A stretch of 63,874 bases of DNA, the filler included, from Octopus bimaculoides (Eukaryota): assembly GCF_001194135.2 (NCBI RefSeq). It is 7 parts of 6 records of this genome, joined end to end, with 100 filler letters (N's around TTAATTAATTAA, not from the genome) between each part and the next. Parts side by side here need not be neighbours in the genome. Positions count along the whole stretch, not along the records: positions 51,982 to 55,118 come from NW_026320350.1; positions 55,219 to 59,165 come from NC_069000.1; positions 59,266 to 62,644 come from NC_068991.1; positions 62,745 to 63,874 come from NC_068991.1; 3 more parts are not named here. One strand, given 5' to 3'. Made by a program: the position numbers and the translations under genes. Below are positions 54,218-63,874 of the stretch, piece after piece. The notes under the pieces are model-generated. The model worked only from the letters and a program-made list of their open reading frames with translations, was not told the origin of the DNA and did not search any database. Position 1 is the stretch's first letter. The number at the start of each line of letters is the position of its first letter.

Positions 54218-55085
54218 NNNNNNNNNNNNNNNNNNNNNNNNNNNNNNNNNNNNNNNNNNNNNNNNNNNNNNNNNNNNNNNNNNNNNNNNNNNNNNNNNNN
54301 NNNNNNNNNNNNNNNNNNNNNNNNNNNNNNNNNNNNNNNNNNNNNNNNNNNNNNNNNNNNNNNNNNNNNNNNNNNNNNNNNNNNNNNNNNNNNNNNNNNN
54401 NNNNNNNNNNNNNNNNNNNNNNNNNNNNNNNNNNNNNNNNNNNNNNNNNNNNNNNNNNNNNNNNNNNNNNNNNNNNNNNNNNNNNNNNNNNNNNNNNNNN
54501 NNNNNNNNNNNNNNNNNNNNNNNNNNNNNNNNNNNNNNNNNNNNNNNNNNNNNNNNNNNNNNNNNNNNNNNNNNNNNNNNNNNNNNNNNNNNNNNNNNNN
54601 NNNNNNNNNNNNNNNNNNNNNNNNNNNNNNNNNNNNNNNNNNNNNNNNNNNNNNNNNNTACATACACAACTTCATGCATACACACACACAAACACACATA
54701 CAAACACAAACACACACAGATACACACACACACACACACACAAACATATACACACACACTTACAAATGCTCTCGTCTCGTTCCATTGTATACACACACAC
54801 ACATATATATATATATATGAATATAACGTACATACACATGCGCATAAATGTAATTTACATGCATACAAACATATAGACGAATAGACGCACACGCAAACAG
54901 ATAATTCATATGTATGCACATATATAAGCACATGTATACACGTACACACAAACACGTACACACAAACACGTACACATATATTGGTATAAAACATATCCAG
55001 AGGTGAAACACATATATACATATATAAACAGCTAGATGTGAAACAAACAAACATACATACATAAACACATACGTTTATGCATGTA

Positions 55086-55118
<33 letters not shown>

Positions 55119-55949
55119 NNNNNNNNNNNNNNNNNNNNNNNNNNNNNNNNNNNNNNNNNNNNTTAATTAATTAANNNNNNNNNNNNNNNNNNNNNNNNNN
55201 NNNNNNNNNNNNNNNNNNTGGAATCGATGCCTGCATCATGAAATAGTGACAGAAGGATGGGCTCTGAGAATGTCAGCTATTATGAAATACACCGCAAAAA
55301 GAGTCCCTGAGATTGGTTTCAAATTTTGGCACAAAGCCAGTTATTTTGGGAGAGGGTGCTAGTCGATTATATCGAACCCCAGTGCTCACTGAGGCTTATT
55401 TTATCGACCCCGAAAGGATGAAAGACAAATTCGATCTTGACGGAGTTTGAACTCAGAACGTAAAGACGGACGAAATGCCGCTAAGCATATTGTCCGGCCG
55501 GCTAACGATTCTGCTAGGTCGCCGCCTTTCCAACTTCCTTAATATTGGTTTCATATTTTGGTACAAGGCCAACAAGTTCAGGCTGTGGGTAAGTCGATTA
55601 TATCGACTCCAGTGTTCAAATGCAAAGTTGACCTTGGCGAGATTTGAACCCAGTGTGTAGGGACGAGCGAAATGCCAACTTTCTTAATATTGATTTTAAA
55701 GTTTGGCACAAGGCCAGCGGGTTTGGAGCAGGGACTAAGTCCGAACCTGAAGATGGACGAAATACCGCTAAGTAATTTGCCCGGTGTGCTAACGATTCTG
55801 CCAGTTTCCGTGATTGAAGAAACTACCATATTTGTGGATATACTAATCCACACAGACAGGGAAACGAAGGTTAATCTATAGGATATCACTGAAAAGAACC
55901 ACAAGGAGAGGAAGTTATCTCTTGATCGTTATATTAATTCCAACAGACA

Positions 55950-56850
55950 GGTAAATATTTCTGAAAGAAGTAGAGAAATTATCCAACTATAAATCGTATG
56001 TACGGTGAACAGCGATAAAATTAATTCTTAATACTTTCCGGCAGACGAGACACAACAATGTTGGAGCACCGGATGTTCTATAGTCCATTACGCTAATGAA
56101 CCGAGTGTGTTATGAAGACATATTCGTCATGAAGGAGAAGCTGTTCTCCTGTGATTCAGGATATTCTGCAGCGATTAACACATTCACATTCGAATCCACT
56201 TCAGCGTATTAAAAATGATTGTCAAAGTCATCGGTCTGTTTCTCGCTGTTCACCATGCATATAATGATTTATTATTGGTTGGCAGATATCATCGCAGTTC
56301 GGCGAACAGTTTATTCGCTGAAATTATAAACAAACCATCGGTTCTTATTACATTCATTGGTCCGAGAGTGTTTCTGGCTGACAAGGCACAAATTGATGTC
56401 GAAACTCCGCCTTTCCTAGAATCCCTTGCACTAATGGATTGAGTGTGATATGAGAGGATAATCATCGTAAAAGAACAGTTGTTCTCCCGTGACGGAACAC
56501 AACAGCGATTAGCATATTCACGTTCGAATCCTCTGCAGCGTATTGAAGATGATTGTGAAAGTTATCGTCTTTATTCTCGCTGATTACCGAGCATATGACG
56601 ACTGGTTATCGGTTGACAGATACCAGTATAGATCAGCAAAGTTTGCTGAATTTATAAACAAGAAATTCCAATTGTTATCAGACTTCATTAGTTCGGGTAG
56701 CCTCTGGCTGATAAAACACGACGATTCTGAAACACCGACTGTTCTATATTCCATTATGCTAATGAATCGAGTTGAACACACTCGTTGTAAAGGAGAATGA
56801 GTTCTGTGATAACATACAACAGCGATTAGCATATTTACGTTCAAATATGC
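55950..56850. repeat. Diverged tandem duplication, ~335-bp unit, about 2.7 copies
   Basis: cagcgattaacacattcacattcgaatcc (~56170), cagcgattagcatattcacgttcgaatcc (~56505) and cagcgattagcatatttacgttcaaat (~56820). The ORFs at 56215 and 56543 are paralogous. Confidence 0.75.
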
Positions 56851-56869
56851 CAAAACGTACTAAGACTAC

Positions 56870-57070
56870 ATATGCAATTTATCGTATCCAAATATAAATA
56901 TCTGAAAATGAGAATATAGGAATTGAAAACTGAAACAATCCCTGTGATAATAGGAGCCTTCGAAATGATTTTAAAAATGCAGACAGATACATAAGCAAAA
57001 CCCTAAGTGTTACATAATATGTAATATAATTAGCCGTGCAAGTAACAACAGACATCGCTATTTCGAAAAA
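56870..57070 (+). mobile_element. Highly degenerate R4/Dong-like LINE fragment
   Basis: SKYKYLK...LKTETIPVIIGAFEMI remnant. Confidence 0.45.
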
Positions 57071-57989
57071 GATTCCTTACCAACCAATGATGAAATAACA
57101 ACATAAATTATATGTTGACATGAGGTAAATACGATTCCATATTACATGCATATTTCACAGCAACACTCGATCTCTTTGGAGGGAAAATAACCCTGATCTA
57201 AAAGTAATTATGGATCCCAACAAACTATCTTTAAAAACATATATATTTTCAAAACTAAAACTACCGCAGATAAAAACAGAACACTTAAAAGAGAAGATAA
57301 CACATACTGAAAGTACAAACAATATACAAAATTGAAATAACGAAAATATGAGCAATGAGAATAGCTTTTGTAATATTGGTTTCATATTTTGGCACAAGGC
57401 TAGCTATTTCAGGGGAGGGTTTAAGTCGATTACATCGACCCCAGTGCTTAACTGGTACTTATTTTATCGACCCCCAGCAGAATTTGAACTCAGAACGTAA
57501 AGACGGGCGAAATGCCGCTAAGCAATTTTCCCTGAGTGCTAACGTGTCTGCAAGCTCACCACTTTTTCAACTGTTTTAATATTGATTTTACATTTTGGGG
57601 CCAGGCCAGCAAGATCGGGGGAGTGGGAAAGTTGATTACATCGAGGCCAGTGTTCAATGAAGGTTACATTGTCGTCAAGGAATCCCAAGTTAACTTGCTG
57701 GAGATTTAATTTAAAATGACAGGTGAAGCCGAAGCAACGGAGTGAAACAACACAATTAAAAAAAGAAACATAAGCATGAAGAAATAAAATGGTCAGAACA
57801 TAAAGACAAAAGAAATATCACTAAGCATTTCGTCCGGCGTGCTAACGTTCCTACCAGCTCGCCGCCTTAATGTAGTGTAAGAAATACACAAATAAACAGT
57901 GTAGGCAAAGATTTCTAGAAAATATGATCTTGCGTCAGATTTGATAAGAAATGAAACAACTGAATGATGTCTCATTCTATCCTGTGGAG

Positions 57990-58300
57990 AGGGATCTAGT
58001 TTCTTTGTATAACTTCCATCTGCTACATTTTAAAAGTTTCTGGATTGTATTTCAGGGTTGCTTTGACCCAGATAAAAACCAACAGATGACGGTGAATTTA
58101 TATTGACATCTATTTCACTTCATCTGGCCCTGCTCTCTTTAACATCATGCGAAGGCACCCGAGAATAGAAATATATCTCATTCAAACGATTCTTGGATGA
58201 ATATTTCCAGCAAATTCTAGATAAACCACCTACCGCCGGATATATTTCTGCAAACAATAGCTTTTCACTCGAATGGGCTATGGTATCCAAAATGTGACTG
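57990..58300 (+). mobile_element. Degenerate CR1-group LINE 3' fragment
   Basis: GPALFNIMR...SFKRFLDEYFQQILDKPPTAGY..ANNS resembles the end of the 17205-17775 element. Confidence 0.5.
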
Positions 58301-58665
58301 TATTATGAAACATCATTACATGTGTTTTCCAGACGGTTTTGTTAGCACGCCGGACAAAATGTTTAGCACCATTCTTCCGGTTCTTTACGTTTTGAGCTCA
58401 AATTCTGCCGAGGTCATCTTCACCATTTATCCTCTCGGGGTCGATAAATTAAAATACTTGTCAGATACTGGGATCAATGTAATCGACTTGCTCTCCGCTC
58501 CCCTCAAGAATTGGTATCCCTGAACCCGGCAATGGATCTGCGTTCCGTTCAAGGAAAACGCTGTGACCTTGGTCACCTATATGCTATGCAAACCGGATAA
58601 ACCAGCCTTATAGGTCTAGGCGCTCGAGAAATCTCTCTCTCTGTCTCTCTCTCTATCTCTCTCTG

Positions 58666-58710
<45 letters not shown>

Positions 58711-58742
58711 NNNNNNNNNNNNNNNNNNNNNNNNNNNNNNNN

Positions 58743-58786
<44 letters not shown>

Positions 58787-59265
58787 GTAGTCAAAGGACA
58801 TACTAAGTATATCTACCTGCTGGAAATAACAGTCAAAACTCATTATGAAATCGCCATAATACACTGATGATAACTACAGAAATCAACCGTCCGAAGGCAA
58901 ACGCGCTACATTCAAGTATTTGGACTCGCGTGGACCGGTTTCTAGACTAGCATAATAGCCCCACCTTCCTCAGCACGCACGCGTAACTTTGACAAGAGAG
59001 TCCCAACCCGCTGCAACTGGTTCGTTTTTCACCAAAATCATGGCGGCCAACAGTGTGAAAATAATTTCAATAGGGAGCAAATAATTTACGTGAATCATTT
59101 GCTCCTTATTGAAATTATATATATACAATGCATACATATATGTGTGTGTATATATATATATATATNNNNNNNNNNNNNNNNNNNNNNNNNNNNNNNNNNN
59201 NNNNNNNNNTTAATTAATTAANNNNNNNNNNNNNNNNNNNNNNNNNNNNNNNNNNNNNNNNNNNN

Positions 59266-59554
59266 ACCTAAATCAGATTCCAGGAAACCCCAAAATGGCT
59301 GAAGTTCAAAAGATAGTGCTCATGGGAACTGCCCATATCCTACGTAAAATACTGTCTATGTGATCTCAAATTTTAAAGCAAACACATAATTTTCTTATGG
59401 TTTCTTAAACATTCACTTGAACAAAACTGTACAAATCCAAATATATGGTACCCTAGGCATAACACCTACATGAACTTCTAACTTGTTGTCTCTTGAGGTC
59501 TCTGGGTGAGACTTGGATCCAACTTGTACAAATGCAAAACAAAAGTCAAACATA
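59266..59554 (+). mobile_element. R4/Dong-like LINE 3' end
   Basis: LNQIPGNPKMAEVQKIVLMGTAHILRKILSM* plus UTR ending in (AAT)n. Confidence 0.75.
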
Positions 59555-59575
59555 AAATAATAATAATAATAATAA

Positions 59576-60840
59576 AGATAATCCTTTCTCTGTAGACACA
59601 AGGCCTGAAATTTTTGGGGGAGGGGATCGTTGATTACATCGACCCTAGTACACAACTGGTACTTATTTTATTGACGTTGAAAGGATGAAAAGTAAAGTCT
59701 ACCTCGGCAGAATTTGAACTCAGAATGTAGAGACAGGTAAAATACTGCTAAGCATTTTGTCCAGTGCACTGACGATTCTGCCAGCTTATCGCCTTAATAA
59801 TAATAAGCCTTTCTACTAGGCTTCAAATTTGGGGGAAGGGATTAAGTTGATCACATCGACCCCAGTGCACAACTGGTACTTATGTAATCAACCCCAAAAG
59901 GATGAAAGGCAAAATCGACCTCAGTGGAATTGCCTTAAATAATAATCCTTTGTACTATAGGCACAATACCTGAAATTTAATGGAATGGGATAGTAAATCA
60001 CATCTATCCCAGTGCTCAACTGGTACTCATTTTATCAACCCCAAAAGGATGAAAGGCCAAGTTAACCTCAGCAGAATTTGAACTCAGATCATGCAGCTGG
60101 ACAAAATGCCACTAAGCATTTTGCCTGGCATGCTAATAACTCTGCCAGTTCGTTGCCTTAATAATAATAATAATAATCCTTTCTACTATAGGCACAAAGC
60201 CTGAAATTTGGTGGGGAGGGGTAAGTTGATTACACCGACCCCAAAAGGATGAAAGGTTGACCTCGACAGCATTTAAACTCAGAACCTAAAGATGGATGAA
60301 ATACTGCTAAGCATTTCACCTGGCATGCGAACAATTCTGTCAGCTCACTACCTTAATAATAATAATAATTCTTTCTAATATAGGCACAAGGCCTGAAATT
60401 TGGGGGTAGGGGGAAAGTCAATTGCATCGACCCCAGTGTTTCACTGGTACTTAATTTATTGACCCTGAAAGGATAAAAGGGAAAGTTGACCTTGGTGGAA
60501 TTTGAACTCAGATTGTAAAGATGGACGAAATACTGCTAAGCATTTTTCCAGTGTGCTAATGATTCTGCTATCTCACTGCCTTAATAACAATAATAATAAC
60601 AATCCTTTAACAACAATAATAACAATCCTTTCTACTATAGGTCCAAGGCTTGAAATTTGGGGGAATGAGGAAAGTTGATTACATCGACCCCAGTGTTTCA
60701 CTGGTACTTGATTTATCAACCCTGAAAGGATAAAAGGCAAAGTCGACCTCGGTAGTATTTGAATACAGAACCTGGTGACAGATTAAATACCGCTAAGCAT
60801 TTTGCCTGGTGCATTAACGATTCTTCTAGCGCACTGCTTT
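59576..60840 (-). mobile_element. Tandem array of six SINE copies separated by (AAT)n
   Basis: Copies at about 59576-59797, 59808-59935 (truncated), 59942-60160, 60176-60355 (internal deletion), 60368-60582 and 60624-60840. All the same orientation and mutually diverged. Confidence 0.85.
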
Positions 60841-61801
60841 AATAATTATAATAATAATAATAATCTCCTAATATAATAATAAACATGGTGTTTTTATATA
60901 TATATATATATATATATNNNNNNNNNNNNNNNNNNNNNNNNNNNNNNNNNNNNNNNNNNNNNNNNNNNNNNNNNNNNNNNNNNNNNNNNNNNNNNNNNNN
61001 ATATATATTTATCCAAAATCACACAGGAGGGAGTAAGTGAAAGGAGAGGAGAGAAAATAGTAACTCAGTGAAGGAGAAGTAGTGAGAATAATAGCTCTGA
61101 CTTAGAGGGAGTGAGAGAAAGTAACAGCAATGAGAGAAAGGAAGTGGCAAAGAGCACATCATGTATCTTCTGTTTTTCTCTGTCACAACATATGAATGAG
61201 AAAGGAAGGGGTGAAAATAAATCAGCATTTCAACTCTGTGTGAGTATATGTGTGTGTATGTAAAAGGGAAGTATGTGAATGTTTGTGTGTGCGTGTGTGT
61301 GTGTGTGCATGTGTGTGTGCGTGCATGTGTGTGTGTGTGTGTGTGTGTGCAATGGAAGTGGGATGGTGAACATTCAACATTGAAAAGAAAAATCAAACAG
61401 TATTTCAACTCTGAGTGAGTATATGTGTGTATGTGTGTGAGTGTACAAGGGAAGTATGTGAATGTTTGTATCTGTGATTATTATGTACCTTATTAAGGTG
61501 GCGAGCAGGCAGAATCGTTAGCACACTGGGTGAAATGCTTACCGGTATTTTGTCTGTCTTTACATTCTGAGTTCAAATGCCGCTGAGATCAACTTCGCCT
61601 TTCATCCTTTCAGGGTCAATAACGTAAGTGCCAGTTGTGTACTGGGGTTGATTTAATCGCCTGGCCCCCTCCCCCAAGTTTCAGGCCTTGTGCCTATAGT
61701 AGAAAGGATTATTATGTACCTTATTTTGTACCTTATTTATATATAAAATACTACAATTAGCCATCATTTTTGATGGCATGGGGCCAGCTAGTAATAATAA
61801 T

Positions 61802-62231
61802 AAATTAGAAAATAATAGACCAGACATAACAATTATAGATAAGGAAAAGTGAAGTTGCTTCCTTATCGACCCATCATGCCTGTTTGATTTCAGGATTGTA
61901 AAGAAAGAGGAAGAAAAACAAAAAAATACAATCACTTAAAATCTGAAATAGGAAGAATTTGGAGCATGTGAACAGTAAAAGTTGTCCCTATAATAATTGG
62001 TGTGTTGAGAACAGTAAGCAAAGATATAAACAAATGGCCGAAAGAGACTGAAATAGACTGCCTGGTAGAGCTCCAAGAGAAAGTTTGTCTCTTAGAGACA
62101 GCAAGGATTATCAGAAGTGTCCTAAGCACTTAAAAGACTGCTGAAAACTTGTGGATACCTAAGGTTATAGGTAGTAACCTATTATCCACATAATTCTTAC
62201 CAGGAATAAGACCAAACCTGAGGCAAACCAA
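61802..62231 (+). mobile_element. R4/Dong-like LINE 3' fragment (RLE domain)
   Basis: NNRPDITIIDKEK*SCFLIDP...KEEEK...LKSEIGRIW...VVPIIIGVL...LLETARIIRSVL. (AAT)n on both sides. Confidence 0.8.
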
Positions 62232-62257
62232 AATAATAATAATAATAATAATAATAA

Positions 62258-62644
62258 TAATCCTTTCTACTATAGATATAAGGCCTGAAATTGTGGGGGA
62301 GGGGCCTAGTCAATTACATCGACCCCAGTGTTTCACTGGTACTTAATTTATCGACCCCAAAAGGATAAAAAGCAAAGTTAACCTCAGTGGAATTTGAACT
62401 CAGAATGTAAAGACAGATGAAACACCACTAACGCTTCTGCCAGCTTGCCACCTTTTTTTCTTTTTAAAGGGGAAGTTGACAGAATAATATTTCTACTAAT
62501 CCTTTTCTACTAAAGGCACAAGGCCTGAAATTTGGAGGGGAGGGGACTAGTTCATTACATTGACCCTAGTGTTTCACTAGTACTTAATTTATCAACCCTG
62601 AAAGGATGAAAGGCAAACCCAACATTAGCAGGATTTGAACTCAG
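62258..62644 (-). mobile_element. Two tandem SINE copies following an R4/Dong end
   Basis: tcctttctacta...ggcctgaaatt...gaactcag repeated at 62258 and ~62499. Confidence 0.8.
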
Positions 62645-62749
62645 NNNNNNNNNNNNNNNNNNNNNNNNNNNNNNNNNNNNNNNNNNNNTTAATTAATTAA
62701 NNNNNNNNNNNNNNNNNNNNNNNNNNNNNNNNNNNNNNNNNNNNTATAT

Positions 62750-62820
<71 letters not shown>

Positions 62821-63874
62821 TAGTTATATATATACATTTATATATATATACGTAGCAGCTTAGTGATAAGTATCGTTTTTAACTCTGTTAAATGACTTTA
62901 TATCGTTGTTTGAAAAAATAATATATTTTTATATTATTCAATTGATTTTTAATGATAATTTTAGTCAATACCTTTTTTAGCACTAAATTAATTAGTAGTA
63001 AGTGTATCATCTTAGCCTAAACTAAGACTTCGATTATATTAGGGTTGAATTTTTTCCATCAATACTGATTAATATTTCTTTCGATTTTATGCAATAAATA
63101 ACTAGTCTTTTTATTTAATTTCTTTGATTATACAATATCATTAATTGTTTTATTATGACTTAAATTATATAAAGTTTAATCTTTCATTCATAATAAAATT
63201 TTCATTCATACTTTTATTTCTATTCCTTTTCTTTATGCAATATTTTCACTAGACTTCTTTTAAATAAACGTTTTTAGTCTAAAATCTTCTAGCTTAAACC
63301 ATTGCATCGTTTAGATATGTGCTAATTCTATCTTTATTATTTTAACCTAAATCTTCGTTCAATTTGTATTTTAAACGAAAAATTCGTTAAAGTTGGTTTT
63401 TGCATATAATATTCCTGTTAGCTTATATTATAATGGACGTAGGATTGATTATGGAATGTTTATAATTTTGATATTTATAATAATATTTTTCTATCTTTAT
63501 ATAATAAGTATTTTATATACATTCATTTGTTATTTATTGTTGGTTGATATATACATTCCTTTTTTATTATTATTATTATTGTTGTATTTTGACCTGAAGA
63601 TTAGCTATATTTTTGAATAGAATTGATTTTCGATAGTTTTAATCGATTTTAATCGATTAAAATTTTCTTTCTATTTGAAAATTGGTTATGAAACACGTGT
63701 AGTCATTTCATTATCTTTATCTTATGATATTTACTTTGTATTATATTATACTTATTTACTGTGCTTTTACTTATTAATTTTTCTATATGTGACAGTGGAT
63801 TTTCATCGATGAGTTCATGAATCATGGTTCTTTTCCCAAAAACTATATATATATACTTATATATATATATATAT

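Overview
Eukaryotic, intron-rich, repeat-dense draft-assembly DNA. The SINE families and microsatellite load suggest a cephalopod, probably Octopus (inference). It has many N gaps, six of them 100-bp placeholders with an artificial TTAATTAATTAA linker. Almost all of the supplied ORF track is microsatellite or N-gap artefact. The only host gene I can support is four phase-compatible internal exons on the minus strand (22859 down to 18047) of an RLIG1/C12orf29-type 5'-3' RNA ligase. Its catalytic KxDG exon and its 3' exons are not in resolved sequence. The rest is tRNA-derived SINEs, 5'-truncated LINE ends (R4/Dong-, Hero/NeSL-, CR1-group-, RTE- and Tx1-like), Tc1/mariner relics, fold-backs and simple repeats. 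The most interesting unannotated signal is a set of short elements carrying minimal type I hammerhead ribozyme (HHR) motifs of the Penelope/retrozyme kind, in about three or four sequence families. One family appears joined to a tRNA-derived Pol III head, resembling the Schistosoma Sm-alpha SINE design. One HHR with an intact core lies in sense orientation in an intron of the RNA ligase gene. All assignments come from reading the sequence and from remembered family motifs; no searches or folding programs were run.
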